Source: Rhodothermales bacterium
GTDB taxonomy: Bacteria > Bacteroidota > Rhodothermia > Rhodothermales > Bin80
DNA: 64,000 nt
Direction of reading: 5' to 3'
Assembly (NCBI GenBank): GCA_965261255.1
Contig: CBDHCQ010000004.1
Location: 2,830,597 to 2,894,596 of the forward strand
Every line of letters begins with the position of its first letter. Positions within the stretch are counted from its first letter, which is position 1. Below the pieces are notes generated by a model that was not told where the DNA came from, did not search any database, and worked only from the letters and a program-made list of their open reading frames with translations. Position numbers and translations under genes: made by a program. Positions 1-10,496 of this stretch are shown here, piece after piece.

Positions 1-311
1 TTCTGTGGGGAGTATGCAACGGCAACATCCATCCGTGCGGCTAGTTTGGGGCTAAATTGCCATGCCATCGTATTTGTGTACATGCCCATTGAGTATCCAT
101 CGCCACCAAAGGACCCGGCCGTCATTTCAAAGCTGTGTCTCATTTGAAAAACACTCGGGTTGAATATCTTGCTCAGGAATGCACCAGCTCGGTTGGACAC
201 GTCATACACACGGGTCTGAGGGAATGCCTCTGGAACAGCTTCCCTGAACTGGGACTGAGCAGGTGATGCCAAAAAGGCCAGAGCTGCGATGAATAACAAG
301 TTTCTGCACAT
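1..311 (-). CDS. hypothetical exported protein, 5' part only (ORF continues past the left window edge)
   Basis: My own minus-strand translation from the ATG at 311..309 gives MCRNLLFIAALAFLASPAQSQFREAVPEAF... with no stop down to position 1. The N-terminus looks like a signal peptide. It is absent from the ORF track because no stop lies inside the window. Confidence 0.4.
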   Translation of the reverse strand, partial: MCRNLLFIAALAFLASPAQSQFREAVPEAFPQTRVYDVSNRAGAFLSKIFNPSVFQMRHSFEMTAGSFGGDGYSMGMYTNTMAWQFSPKLAARMDVAVAYSPQ

Positions 312-431
312 TACACAGTCTATCTTCGGTTAAAAGAGTTTAAGGCGTGTCCTGTAATCAATACCTTGGGATCACAGTTTTGTTGCACGGCTTGCATGCT
401 TAATTTATTAACTGTACCTGAATAATACACT

Positions 432-746
432 ATGAAACCTGTACCATCTCAGGCTGTCTCCAAAGAAGATTTGGCCCCGCTTCGGGCACAGATTGATAAG
501 CTTGACCAAGTATTGGTGAAAATTTTTAACGAACGCTCTCATGTGGCGAACAAGATCGGACACGTCAAACAGCAACTCGGCCTCGCTGTTTATGATCCCG
601 CAAGAGAAAAAGAAGTCCTGGAAAATGTCATTCAGGCCAACCCCGGACCACTCCCGTCGGACGCTATTCAACGTCTCTTTGAGCGTGTAATTGATGAGAC
701 ACGTTCACTGGAACGTCAAAAATATCAGCGGAGAACAAAACGGTAG
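432..746 (+). CDS. chorismate mutase, monofunctional AroQ-type
   Basis: 104 aa. LRAQIDKLDQVLVKIFNERSHVANKIGHVK and YDPAREKEVLENV fit the helical AroQ chorismate mutase pattern. Confidence 0.8.
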   Translation: MKPVPSQAVSKEDLAPLRAQIDKLDQVLVKIFNERSHVANKIGHVKQQLGLAVYDPAREKEVLENVIQANPGPLPSDAIQRLFERVIDETRSLERQKYQRRTKR

Positions 747-748
747 CT

Positions 749-1786
749 ATGCTTAGGACCCGGATTTTCGTGTTTAGTTTTGTGGTTATCCTCGGACTAG
801 GCGCAGGAGGGAGTTGGATTCTCTGGGCTCCGAATACTCCATCCTTTGACGGAGATCGACCGTTGCATATTCCAAGGGGAAGCATCTTGGTCAATGTCGT
901 CGACTCGCTTGAAAGCCGGGAACTAGTCACGTACTCCTGGACCTTCCGTCTGCTCGCCAATGCAACTGGCTGGAAGGATCAAATTAAGGCTGGACACTAT
1001 GTTTTTTCTTCGGGAGAATCGAACCTCAGTCTATTGCAAACCTTGCGGAAGGGACTGCAAACCCCTGTGTCTTTGAGGATCCCCGCCGGATCTAGACGCG
1101 ACAGGATTGCACGTTCGGCAGCTGCCAACATGGCGTTTGACGCTGAAGATTTTATGGCGGCTCTCGCTGATACTGCGCTGGCAACCTCACTTGGCACAGA
1201 CACGCTGCACTTATTCAGTTACATGTTACCCGATACGTACAACTTCTACTGGTTGACCGAAGCGACCGAGGTTGTTCGACGTATTAAAAGGGAGTTTGAT
1301 GAGTTTTATGAAAAAGAGGCGACAAGTGAGGCGAGCACACCTGAATTGTCGCGTGATGAAGTGGTAAGTCTGGCTGCGATTGTCGAATGGGAAACGGACG
1401 TAAACGAGGAAAAATCCCGTGTGGCAGGTGTGTACTTGAATCGGCTGCGAAGGCACTGGCCCCTGCAGGCCGATCCAACAGTGCAATATGCACTGATTGA
1501 ACTCGAGGGCGGCAGACGTCGTCTGTTTTATCGTGATTACAAAATTGATCACCCTTACAACACATACTTGTACCAGGGGCTGCCGCCAGGTCCTATCACC
1601 AATCCTTCGCGATCATCCCTGATAAAAACTGCGCAGGCGGAAGAACACGATTACATGTTTTTTGTGGCTAGCCCAGATGGCGGACATTCGTTTAACGTGG
1701 ACTTACGCAGCCATAACCGTGATGCCAATATATTACGCCGCTATCTGGCACAGCGCCGACGTGAGAGCGCTAACGCAGAGGACTAA
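749..1786 (+). CDS. mltG: endolytic murein transglycosylase MltG (YceG-like)
   Basis: 345 aa with an N-terminal TM helix. Shows YceG-family motifs (IVEWETDVNEEKSRVAGVYLNRL, LQADPTVQY, YNTYLYQGLPPGPITNP). It starts 3 nt after the chorismate mutase stop. Confidence 0.9.
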   Translation: MLRTRIFVFSFVVILGLGAGGSWILWAPNTPSFDGDRPLHIPRGSILVNVVDSLESRELVTYSWTFRLLANATGWKDQIKAGHYVFSSGESNLSLLQTLRKGLQTPVSLRIPAGSRRDRIARSAAANMAFDAEDFMAALADTALATSLGTDTLHLFSYMLPDTYNFYWLTEATEVVRRIKREFDEFYEKEATSEASTPELSRDEVVSLAAIVEWETDVNEEKSRVAGVYLNRLRRHWPLQADPTVQYALIELEGGRRRLFYRDYKIDHPYNTYLYQGLPPGPITNPSRSSLIKTAQAEEHDYMFFVASPDGGHSFNVDLRSHNRDANILRRYLAQRRRESANAED

Positions 1787-2017
1787 TCCGACCGTTCACT
1801 TTTAGGAAGAATCGTAAAGGCGGGTATGTCGCATGGGAGGAAGTCCTAACTCTATCATATGCAAGGCATTACCGGACTTAATTTACCACCAACCTGATAG
1901 TGCAGTCGCTGTCTTGCAAGTTCCGAGGCGAACTTAAAATCGGATGTGCAGGAACTGAGACGGTTCCGATCCGTCCATCGAAATTCGCATTCCGATTATA
2001 CAATACGTTGGCCAAGA

Positions 2018-2776
2018 CTAATGGACATAGCTGCCAGCATTAACGTCAATTGATGTGCCCGTCGCGTGATCTGCTAAACCACTCGCCAAAAGCACGACGA
2101 TTGGAGCAATATCCTTCGATTCAGTCAAGTTATTAAGAGCAAGATCTTGCACGACAAAGGCCTCTCCGTACGAATCAATCGCATCTTGCGCCATGTCTGT
2201 ACGAACAAAACCAGGGGCTACTACAAAGGCTGTAATCCCATCCTTGCCGTACGCACGGGCAATACTGCGCGTCAGCGAAACAACCGCCCCTTTTGAAGCC
2301 GCATAGGTCATGTATTCTGCGGTATCTCCACGAAAAGCAGCCCGAGATGCGATATTGATAATGCGACCCTGTCCCCGGGTCTGGTAATGCTGGATTACAA
2401 GGCGACATAGAAGCTCTGGTGCACGTGCATTAACTGCCATGGTTTGCTCCCAAGCCTGAAGCCAGGCGCTCGTCCGTGCCGCTGCATCAACAAGCCGCGC
2501 GATTCCCGCATTGTTGACCAGAACATCAATGCAGCCATATCGGGATATCACATTCGCCACGAGCATCTCGCAGGCTCGCACAGATGACAAGTCCGCCTGA
2601 AACACACACGCACGTTGACCCAGTTCGAGCGCAACAGCTTCAGCCTGCGTGATGTTTTCATTGCAGTGCACCGCAACGGCTGCCCCCGCTTCGGAAAGCC
2701 CTGTGGCAATTGCCTTACCTATACCACGGCTCGCCCCCGTAACCAGTGCGACTTTATCTGTGAGATCAATTTTCAT
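2018..2776 (-). CDS. SDR family oxidoreductase (FabG-like)
   Basis: 252 aa. Has the TGASRGIGKAIA Rossmann motif, NNAG, and the Y-x3-K catalytic pair in YAASKGAV. Confidence 0.85.
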   Translation of the reverse strand: MKIDLTDKVALVTGASRGIGKAIATGLSEAGAAVAVHCNENITQAEAVALELGQRACVFQADLSSVRACEMLVANVISRYGCIDVLVNNAGIARLVDAAARTSAWLQAWEQTMAVNARAPELLCRLVIQHYQTRGQGRIINIASRAAFRGDTAEYMTYAASKGAVVSLTRSIARAYGKDGITAFVVAPGFVRTDMAQDAIDSYGEAFVVQDLALNNLTESKDIAPIVVLLASGLADHATGTSIDVNAGSYVH

Positions 2777-3307
2777 ATGACTGACAAGAACAATTTAAGG
2801 TCAACCCGCACGACATGATGATCCAACAACGTACGTTTGCAGATCAATCTAATGGTCATACCGCTCCAGTGAAAACACGGAAATTATATCCAACCAAGAG
2901 CCATCTCTGAGCTATCCTGGAGTTTAACGGCTGAAGGAATTGTCGCCCAAGCAAGCTGGCTGGACACTCAAAGCAAATACGATGACTGAAGAGACACTTT
3001 ACGTCATTCCGTATATCTGCGTCAAGTCGGGCCAAAGTGCTGCACAGATGCGATCAACCAATAACATCTGCACCACCGATCACCCGGTATCGTTGGATGC
3101 AAAAAATACATCAAAGTAAGCAGCTATACCGCAAGTGTTGGAGTTTTGCCACAATAATTGAAGTGGAAAAGCTGCGCGTTCACGTAATGTCGTGAATGCA
3201 AATACTGCTACGACAGGTAGGCATCATGCCTCCTTACCACTTACAGAAGAACGACTAGATCAGGCACGACGCTGCAGTATGAATATGTATGCCCGACACA
3301 TAAAGAC

Positions 3308-3829
3308 TTACTTTACACGCTCTTTAGGTCGACGCCAGACGGGTACACTTGAGCAGGGTTCACCAAACATGACCTTACGGGCCACCTTCTGTAACTCTGT
3401 CATTGCCTTGGTATAGGCGCTCTCAGGAACAATTCCCGATCCACAACCCTTAATCACAACAATCCTATCTGAGAATCTGCTCCAATCCTCCTTAGCTAAG
3501 GCCAATACAAACAGCTCTCGTACGAGGTCCGCTCTGCGCCCCATTGTAACAGTCCGTGCACGATCAAGACGTGACGCAATCAACATATAGGCCCACATTG
3601 GCACCAGCGCTTCTGTACTGCAAAAAAGTGCTGCATGAACTCCGTCGAATTCCTGCCAGTCATAGGCAGCTACCTGGGCCCGAAATGGCTTTTCCCGCAG
3701 GATTATACCATGATCCAGAAAGGATGCCAAATCCAACTCTTTGATTGAATGGCCCTCCCAAAGCAATTCCAGGTCATAAACTTCAATTCCACTCTGGGCC
3801 ACACGATTGACGATCTCCATATTACTCAA
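3308..3829 (-). CDS. DUF2480 family protein
   Basis: 173 aa. Resembles my recollection of DUF2480, a Bacteroidota-type family usually found beside Fe-S cluster or cysteine desulfurase genes. It overlaps the upstream cysteine desulfurase gene by 4 nt. Confidence 0.55.
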   Translation of the reverse strand: MSNMEIVNRVAQSGIEVYDLELLWEGHSIKELDLASFLDHGIILREKPFRAQVAAYDWQEFDGVHAALFCSTEALVPMWAYMLIASRLDRARTVTMGRRADLVRELFVLALAKEDWSRFSDRIVVIKGCGSGIVPESAYTKAMTELQKVARKVMFGEPCSSVPVWRRPKERVK

Positions 3830-4977
3830 GCCGCTTTTGCAGACAATTCACGCATCGCCTTGATTAGCACTTCAGATGCGCGTGAAACATCCTGTTTGGT
3901 CGTGTGACGCCCCAAGCTTATTCGCAGCGTCCGGCGAGCTATATCAGCCGGAATCCCCATTGCTGAAAGCACCCTGCTGGGTGTACGGCTGCCGGATCCA
4001 CAGGCACTGCCGGTGCCGACTGCCAACCCGCGAATAGACATAAGCAATCGTTCCACTTCCAGATGCGGAAACGAAACACTGCTCGTTTGAGGAAGCCGGT
4101 TAGCCCCCGCACCATTAACCCGTACCTCTATACCCGATTGCCTCAAAGTATTTTCCAGTTCATCGCGTAAGGCAGTTAGTCGCCTGCCGTCCTTTTCGCA
4201 TTCCAACCTGGCCAACCTGAATGCTTCTCCCATTCCGACGATCCCCGGAACGTTGTGTGTACCACTCCGGCGCCCCTTCTCTTGCCCTCCACCATCTATG
4301 AGTGGAGTACACCGCACTCGACCACGCACAAACATTGCACCCACTCCCTTGGGGCCATACACCTTATGTCCACTGCACACCAAAATATCCACCTGTTCGG
4401 CCGATACCGGTATCTTTCCTACCGCCTGCGTCGCATCCGTCATGAAGGGAATGCCGCGCGCACGTACCATTCCGGCAATTTCGGGAATCGGTTGTATTAC
4501 GCCCGTCTCATTGTTGGCCCACATCACACTAACCAGTACCGTATCATCCGTGAGACTGTCCTCCAGTCTGTCCAAATCTAGGATGCCCTCCGAATCAACC
4601 GGCAAATAGGTTACCGTCCAACCCAGCCGTTCCAGATGTTGACAGGCCTTTGCTACTGCACTGTGCTCACTTTGCACTGTAACAATATGGTGCCCTCGGT
4701 GAGTACACGCCTCGGCCAATCCCTTCAGCGCAGCATTAACCCCTTCCGTTGCACCACTTGTGAAAGTGACCTCGCTCGGGCGAGTTGCCTGTATACATTT
4801 GGCAACCTCTATGCGCGCCTGTTCTATGGCCGCACTCGCAGCCCACCCGTACATGTGTCCCTGACTGGAAGGATTGCCGAAGTGCTCTGTAAAGTAGGGG
4901 AGCATCTTCTCCACGACACGCGAATCAACAGGTGTCGTGGCATTGTAGTCCAAGTATATAGCTGGCGACATGATCAT
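3826..4977 (-). CDS. cysteine desulfurase (NifS/IscS-like, aminotransferase class V)
   Basis: Shows IYLDYNATTP, the PLP-lysine motif SGHKVYGPKGVGA, and the active-site Cys loop GTGSACGSGS. The track ORF starts at 5052, but family similarity starts at M26 (4977) or M28 (4971). Confidence 0.85.
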   Translation of the reverse strand: MIMSPAIYLDYNATTPVDSRVVEKMLPYFTEHFGNPSSQGHMYGWAASAAIEQARIEVAKCIQATRPSEVTFTSGATEGVNAALKGLAEACTHRGHHIVTVQSEHSAVAKACQHLERLGWTVTYLPVDSEGILDLDRLEDSLTDDTVLVSVMWANNETGVIQPIPEIAGMVRARGIPFMTDATQAVGKIPVSAEQVDILVCSGHKVYGPKGVGAMFVRGRVRCTPLIDGGGQEKGRRSGTHNVPGIVGMGEAFRLARLECEKDGRRLTALRDELENTLRQSGIEVRVNGAGANRLPQTSSVSFPHLEVERLLMSIRGLAVGTGSACGSGSRTPSRVLSAMGIPADIARRTLRISLGRHTTKQDVSRASEVLIKAMRELSAKAA

Positions 4978-5077
4978 TAAATCTTGTCCATGCAACCCCC
5001 GCAGAAAATGGCAGGTTCCGAAGACAACCCTGCAAACCTCCGCAACACGCAAAGAGCATCATGGTAAAATGTTGCTC

Positions 5078-5153
5078 GCCGCGTTCGTCTAGGGGTCCAG
5101 GACGCCGGCCTCTCACGCCGGTAACACGGGTTCAAATCCCGTACGCGGTACCA
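5078..5153 (+). tRNA. tRNA-Glu (anticodon CTC), CCA encoded
   Basis: Cloverleaf folded by hand. Acceptor GCCGCGT/ACGCGGT, D arm GTCTAGGGGTCCAGGAC, anticodon stem CCGGC/GCCGG with loop CTCTCAC, T arm ACGGG-TTCAAAT-CCCGT, discriminator A plus CCA. Very similar in layout to E. coli tRNA-Glu. Confidence 0.9.
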
Positions 5154-5156
5154 CGC

Positions 5157-5873
5157 CTATTTGTTATTGTTTGGCAGCTCCTGAGGTGTCAACACATTAT
5201 CAATCAGACCGTAGTCTTTGGCCTCCTCTGCGCTCAACCAGTAATCCCGATCCGCATCCTGTGCGATGGTCTCTGTGTCTTGTCCGGTATGAAGCGCCAT
5301 GATTTCGTAGAGGCGTTGTTTCAGCCACAAAATTTCCCGGGCCTGGATTTCGATATCGGACGCCTGCCCCTGCGCTCCACCCAGCGGTTGATGCAGCATA
5401 ATGCGTGAGTTGGGTAGCGCGGCACGGTGCTCTTTAGTTCCGGCTGCCAAGAGCACCGAACCCAATGAGGCCGCTAACCCCACACAAATCGTTGCCACCG
5501 GACAGGATACATACTGGATCGTGTCATAAACACCAAGCCCACTGTACACCATGCCGCCCGGCGAATTGATATAGACGTTTATGTCACGTTCTGGATTCTC
5601 ACTGGTCAGATAGAGTAGTTGTGCAACTGTCAAGTTTGCCACGATGTCGTTGATTGGCGTACCTATAATTATAATGCGCTCTTTTAGGAGCCGACTGAAT
5701 ATATCATAGGCCCGCTCACCTCGGGAGGTTTGCTCAACTACCATGGGCACTAAATTGCTTATGGGTTGATCACCTAACCCTTTTCTGTATATACTCTCCG
5801 GCAAGTGAAGGCTCTTGGAGAATTTTATAAAGTCGTTAACCATTTGGATACACCTTGATTTGTTGAATGCCAA
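5157..5873 (-). CDS. clpP: ATP-dependent Clp protease proteolytic subunit
   Basis: 238 aa. Shows [27 protein letters not shown] and the catalytic Ser context [14 protein letters not shown], and sits downstream of tig. The start could also be M11 (5843). Confidence 0.9.
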   Translation of the reverse strand: MAFNKSRCIQMVNDFIKFSKSLHLPESIYRKGLGDQPISNLVPMVVEQTSRGERAYDIFSRLLKERIIIIGTPINDIVANLTVAQLLYLTSENPERDINVYINSPGGMVYSGLGVYDTIQYVSCPVATICVGLAASLGSVLLAAGTKEHRAALPNSRIMLHQPLGGAQGQASDIEIQAREILWLKQRLYEIMALHTGQDTETIAQDADRDYWLSAEEAKDYGLIDNVLTPQELPNNNK

Positions 5874-5878
5874 TTCCC

Positions 5879-7165
5879 TTACAAATTCTTCGCTATGAGA
5901 TACATCATTCCCTCCTCGGGAACAGGAATCTCACTGACCTCAAATTGCTTAAGTAAGTGTGCAGTCAAAGGATTATCGCGCAGCTGTTCAGACGCCGCTG
6001 TAATCCCGCTATCGAGTTCTGGTTTTGTCTCACTATCTGGGATTTCGACTACTTCTTCAGATGATTCCAGGTCTACCTGCCCTTCAATTGCTTCAAGTAA
6101 AATTAGCCATCGCAGATGTGCCATATAATCTTTCAGATACTCAAGAGCATTAGGATCATTCGCCCACTTACCCAGCAAATTCCCCCTCATCTCCTCTGCA
6201 AAAGATGTGGACAAATTAAAGGGATGCAATACTTGCATCCGGTTCATAAACTGGAAGTCCAAGATATACCTACTATGCCCCTCAAAGAAATTCGATAGAT
6301 GTTCCTGCACCCATCCCTGCAACTCTTCGGCAGTATTCACTTCTTCCTCACTGACTTTCGTCGCCCATCCGTCATCAATCTCCGGCCATTCAAACCGATG
6401 TGCCTTTAAAATTTCGGCCTGCAGATATGATTTTTTCTCTGTATCAGTTGATGGCGGGCTCTCGTCTTCCGTATCGTCCAGGTTCACTTTATCTCCAACA
6501 GCCCGTCCTGTAAAGGCCGTCCTGTATCCATCGCCAATCTCTGGGTTCAAACCCTCAGCACCGCCAAAATCAAAAGTCTCTATTTTACTTTCACTTCCGA
6601 TCAGCACTAGTCCTGTTGCACTGTCGACCTCTGTAACCCTGTATTCCACCTGGTCAAGCATGCCAGCGGTACCCTCGCCAATTGTTTCTCCCTCCTCAAG
6701 CGGCCTGTTCGGCACGTGCTTGGACATTCTTCTTCTTATAAAGAACTCGGTAATACGCTCCGTAACCTCACCAGCAACGGGAATTTCGAGTACTTGTCCG
6801 GTAACATCTTGAAGCTCCACTTGCGGAACTACGTAGAATTCCACTTGGATCAATAAATCCTCATCCAACTCATAGTCCCGTCTGATTTCCCGCGGCGTTC
6901 CAAGGAGCTGATACTCATCACTGCCCCTGACCATATCCTCAAAGACCTCCTTCGTAAGGTTGTCGACAACCTCGTTTTTCACATCGTCCCCCCTCATTCG
7001 ACGAATCATTTTGATTGGCACACGACCGGGCCGGAACCCCCGCATAGTTGTCGCGGACTGTAGCTTTCGTAACGCTAGCCGTACATCCGTTTCCAGATCC
7101 GCTGCGGTAGCCTTAATTTCAAGGACACGGACCATATCGCCGGTCTCAAGCACATTAACTTCCAT
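5879..7165 (-). CDS. tig: trigger factor
   Basis: 428 aa. The N-terminal ribosome-binding region contains the GFRPGRVP signature (TF signature GFRxGxxP). Conserved tig-clpP order. Confidence 0.85.
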   Translation of the reverse strand: MEVNVLETGDMVRVLEIKATAADLETDVRLALRKLQSATTMRGFRPGRVPIKMIRRMRGDDVKNEVVDNLTKEVFEDMVRGSDEYQLLGTPREIRRDYELDEDLLIQVEFYVVPQVELQDVTGQVLEIPVAGEVTERITEFFIRRRMSKHVPNRPLEEGETIGEGTAGMLDQVEYRVTEVDSATGLVLIGSESKIETFDFGGAEGLNPEIGDGYRTAFTGRAVGDKVNLDDTEDESPPSTDTEKKSYLQAEILKAHRFEWPEIDDGWATKVSEEEVNTAEELQGWVQEHLSNFFEGHSRYILDFQFMNRMQVLHPFNLSTSFAEEMRGNLLGKWANDPNALEYLKDYMAHLRWLILLEAIEGQVDLESSEEVVEIPDSETKPELDSGITAASEQLRDNPLTAHLLKQFEVSEIPVPEEGMMYLIAKNL

Positions 7166-7222
7166 TGCAATAAAGAGTAATAGTCGGATCCGAAAACCCG
7201 AATCTACTGGAACGGTCCAGCC

Positions 7223-7729
7223 ATGCCAATTGTCCCACCCCGCGTCAAATGCGGCGTAATTACTGAAACGCCAGTCGGTCCATTAACACTCACGTTCTCT
7301 TCGCATGGTCTCATGCGTATCCAGTTTGGTGCCATTTCAGAGTGCGAGCCCGCCGGCGCTCCGTTTGATAGGGCCGCAAAGGAACTCTCCACTTATTTTG
7401 CGGGCAAATTGGAGCGCTTTTCGGTGAAACTTGATCTGCGCGGAACGGCATTTCAGAAGCGGGTATGGACAATGCTGGATGCCATCCCTTACGGCGAAAC
7501 CCGCTCTTATGGCGAATTGGCTCGCAGACTCGGAGATAAGCACCTTGCGCGCGCCGTGGGTACCGCTAACGGTTCCAACCCAGTACCTATAATTCTTCCC
7601 TGCCATCGTGTGATAGGATCAAATGGCCAACTAACAGGATACAGCGGTGGTCTGGAGCACAAGCAAACGCTCCTTCGACTGGAGGCCAAGTACACTGGCA
7701 CAGATTTATTTCAGCCATTGCGAAGATAG
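7223..7729 (+). CDS. ogt: methylated-DNA--protein-cysteine methyltransferase
   Basis: 168 aa. Has the active-site motif PCHRVIG preceded by IPYGETRSYGELA. Confidence 0.85.
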   Translation: MPIVPPRVKCGVITETPVGPLTLTFSSHGLMRIQFGAISECEPAGAPFDRAAKELSTYFAGKLERFSVKLDLRGTAFQKRVWTMLDAIPYGETRSYGELARRLGDKHLARAVGTANGSNPVPIILPCHRVIGSNGQLTGYSGGLEHKQTLLRLEAKYTGTDLFQPLRR

Positions 7730-9033
7730 CTCGCTATGACTCTGAGAGTGGGTTTCTTACCATACATAAGGATGCTCGCGCGGTAGATCCGGGCACTGAC
7801 CCATATTGACCCGATAAAGGACAGCACCAGTAATCCGTAGGACAACAAAAGCTGCCAGAACGGGACGTCCATAACTGACATTCGGGCGATCATAGGAACC
7901 GGCGAGGTAAGGGGAAATAACGATAGCCCTAGCGCGAGTCCGCTGTCTGGATTCATCATCACCGGGGACAGGAAGACGATAGAAATGATCATGGGCATGA
8001 GTAGCGGTATCATCAAGCTCTGGGATTCCTGCGGAGAATCAACAAGTGTTCCTACCGTCGCAAACAACCCGCCGTAAAGAAGGTAGCCCCCAATAAAGTA
8101 TAGAATGAACCATATGAGAAGACCTACCGAGATTTGCGGCAGAGAAATATTGGTCGCCGCCAGTATTTCCTGATTGGTTGCCGTTGCGGGTAAATCATAC
8201 ATAGCTGGCTCAATGAATAAACCAATAATCGGCCCGGCCAATATCATGGCTCCCAGAATCATCAACATCCAGACTGCCATCTGCACAAAGCCAATTAAAC
8301 CAATCCCCAGCACCTTGCCCATGAGCAGGTCAATTGGACGAACAGATGACACAATTATTTCGACGACTCGTGTTGTTCTCTCCTCCAGCGTACCGTACAA
8401 AATCAACGATCCATAAATAAGCATAGTCATGTACATGACCATGCCCAAAGCCCCTCCAATTATCACATATCCCTCTCGCGCCTCAGCTTCTTCTCCTTCG
8501 TCGGTCAACCTGACCAAATCCAACCATACCTCACGTTCCAGTATGGACCGGACCTCCGCAGAAACATTACGGTCGGCCAGTAAATGGTCTTCCAGCGCCT
8601 TCTCGATTATGCCTCCAAGCGCACGGCGTACACCAAGCCCTCTTCCCTCCTGCGAGTAAAGCACTGGCTGTCCGGTTCCAGAAATCACTTCTGATGGAAT
8701 ACGAACGTATGCATCAAAGAGTCCATCCAGAACGCCTTCATGTGCTGAGTTGAAATCAGCCGCGACTAAGGCATGGTCACCTACACCCTGGCTCAATATC
8801 CGGGCATTCAGCACACCGGTTTCATCTACAACGGCAATACGAAGCGATCTGGCTTCCTCGGAGGAATCTTCCTCAAAGGAATCTTCCACTGCGGAAATGG
8901 AAATTATAATGATGACGGCAAAAAACCCGATCAACAATGCCGGTCCCAATAATGTGGTCAGGATAAAGGTCTTGGAGGTCACGCGTCGCATGAACTCACT
9001 CTGCATAACCACTAGGCTCTTTCTGCTCATCAT
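7711..9033 (-). CDS. ABC-2 type transporter permease (NatB-like)
   Basis: 440 aa. One N-terminal TM helix, a large extracytoplasmic loop and a C-terminal cluster of TM helices. It overlaps the upstream ABC ATPase gene by 4 nt. Confidence 0.75.
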   Translation of the reverse strand: MMSRKSLVVMQSEFMRRVTSKTFILTTLLGPALLIGFFAVIIIISISAVEDSFEEDSSEEARSLRIAVVDETGVLNARILSQGVGDHALVAADFNSAHEGVLDGLFDAYVRIPSEVISGTGQPVLYSQEGRGLGVRRALGGIIEKALEDHLLADRNVSAEVRSILEREVWLDLVRLTDEGEEAEAREGYVIIGGALGMVMYMTMLIYGSLILYGTLEERTTRVVEIIVSSVRPIDLLMGKVLGIGLIGFVQMAVWMLMILGAMILAGPIIGLFIEPAMYDLPATATNQEILAATNISLPQISVGLLIWFILYFIGGYLLYGGLFATVGTLVDSPQESQSLMIPLLMPMIISIVFLSPVMMNPDSGLALGLSLFPLTSPVPMIARMSVMDVPFWQLLLSYGLLVLSFIGSIWVSARIYRASILMYGKKPTLRVIASYLRNG

Positions 9034-9941
9034 TGCGATTCTACAGTCCGGATAAAGATCTCGTTCAAGGAAGGCTGAAGCAACTCGAAATGGTACAATT
9101 CAAGATCTGGGGTTGCCAGCAATCGTTCCAACAGGGATCGGGAATGACAGTGCTCCGCCAGGCGAACAATACAACCGTCTTCATTGCGCTCCAAGAACTG
9201 TAGGTCTCCTTTCCTCTTCATGGCATCCAGGAAGGGAGCCTCGCCATCGTATGCAAGTGCTAACCTGTCGCGCTTATACCTTCTCTTAATATCACGGAGC
9301 GTTCCTTTTAATACAAGTTTTCCGTTGGCTATCAGACAAATATCATCACACAGTTGCTCTACCTGCTCCATACGGTGGCTTGCGAACAAAATGGTCCGAC
9401 CATTGGCCTTCAGTTCTGCAACAATCTCACGCAAAAGTTCACTGTTGACAGGATCTAACCCACTGAACGGTTCATCCAAAATGATCAGGCGAGGATTGGA
9501 TAGTACTGCAGCAATGAACTGTACTTTTTGCTGCATCCCTTTAGACAACTCCTGCGCCTTACGGGCACCCCATTCCTGCAAACCCAAGCGCTTCACCCAG
9601 TACGCTATTCTCGGCGCCGACTCGCGCGCGCGTATGCCCTTGAGAGCGGCCAGGTATCGGAGTTGATCGTTGATCTTGACCTTCTTGTAGAGCCCCCGTT
9701 CCTCCGGCAGATACCCCATCTGTTCTTGGCTCCATGGCCCAACTACACGTCCATCAAGCGTAACCCTGCCTTTATCCGGAGTGAGGATATTGGCAATCAT
9801 TCGGATTGTCGTGGTTTTCCCCGCACCATTAGGGCCCAGAAGACCAAGAATTCGTCCTGGCTCAGCCTCGAACGAAATATCCTGAGCGGCAGTGACTTTG
9901 CCGAAACGCTTTGTTACTCCCTGCAGGACCAATGAGCCCAT
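9030..9941 (-). CDS. ABC transporter ATP-binding protein (NatA-like)
   Basis: Walker A GPNGAGKTT, signature LSKGMQQK, Walker B LIILDEPFSGLD, H-loop ASHRM. The track start at 10010 is probably too long. M24 (9941) gives the usual MGSLVLQGVTKRFG N-terminus. Confidence 0.85.
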   Translation of the reverse strand: MGSLVLQGVTKRFGKVTAAQDISFEAEPGRILGLLGPNGAGKTTTIRMIANILTPDKGRVTLDGRVVGPWSQEQMGYLPEERGLYKKVKINDQLRYLAALKGIRARESAPRIAYWVKRLGLQEWGARKAQELSKGMQQKVQFIAAVLSNPRLIILDEPFSGLDPVNSELLREIVAELKANGRTILFASHRMEQVEQLCDDICLIANGKLVLKGTLRDIKRRYKRDRLALAYDGEAPFLDAMKRKGDLQFLERNEDGCIVRLAEHCHSRSLLERLLATPDLELYHFELLQPSLNEIFIRTVESQ

Positions 9942-10022
9942 CAACAACAGCTGTTGTAACTGTCGGGCGCGCCATAACCACGCACCAACAAGCCCCCGAC
10001 TTGCGCACACAGAAACGCGCCG

Positions 10023-10289
10023 CTATCGAGTGGCATCCGATAGTGGAATCAAGTAGTGCTCGTGAATTACATCTTCGTGTACCCGGGCACTGCCAGTACC
10101 GCGAAAATCTACAGCAACAAGGCTATTGGTTACACGCTGCACTTCACCGATTCCGTACGAAGTTGGATATGGTCCATAATAGACAAGTTCTCCTTTTTTG
10201 AGGGAGGGTTTGGACCGGCTCTGCCAATGATAGGCTTGAACAATTGGCAACCGATCCAGTGGATACTCGCAGTCTTTTTCAGTCTTCAC
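10023..10289 (-). CDS. hypothetical small protein (possible Tudor-like / DUF3553-like fold)
   Basis: 88 aa. GIGEVQRVTNSLVAVDFRGTGSARV resembles the G-x-G-x-V...V-x-F pattern of small PcrA/UvrD-C-terminal-like domains. The assignment is weak. Confidence 0.45.
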   Translation of the reverse strand: MKTEKDCEYPLDRLPIVQAYHWQSRSKPSLKKGELVYYGPYPTSYGIGEVQRVTNSLVAVDFRGTGSARVHEDVIHEHYLIPLSDATR

Positions 10290-10496
10290 CGAACTATAAA
10301 AATTTGCTAAACACGCGCGCTAACGCAACTCTTCCTTCAATGTTCAACAAAAATCGCCAATCTTGACCTCATGAAAAAATTCGCTAGATCCGAGCATTCT
10401 ACTGCGTCCGTGAAGGCTGACCGTACAACGCCCTCGCAGCACAAATCCCCAATAGCTTTTGGTCCGCTGAATATAGCTGACGGAGGGCGGCTGTCG

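Noticed and set aside
2981-3118. 45-aa ORF (MTEETLYVIPYICVKSGQSAAQMRSTNNICTTDHPVSLDAKNTSK) in the 530-bp gap upstream of the SDR gene
   Set aside because: It has no motif and no supporting signals, and it is below any length at which I can argue coding from sequence alone.
4978-5052. N-terminal extensions offered by the ORF track. Affected ORFs are cysteine desulfurase 5052, ABC ATPase 10010, carB 14617, rpe 20036, nuoG 22835, nuoB 28037, receptor 31977, purB 36406, glpK 49493 and lipoprotein 61766.
   Set aside because: In each case the extension overlaps a neighbouring gene or tRNA, or precedes the canonical family N-terminus. Internal starts were chosen and verified against the nucleotide sequence.
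6207-6812. Long plus-strand ORF (201 aa) antisense to tig. Similar shadow ORFs lie at 12359..12931, 19927..20418, 21687..22430, 35014..35424 and 60590..61078.
   Set aside because: All lie fully inside well-supported genes on the opposite strand. They have Ser/Pro/Arg-rich low-complexity translations and no motifs, as expected for antisense shadow ORFs.
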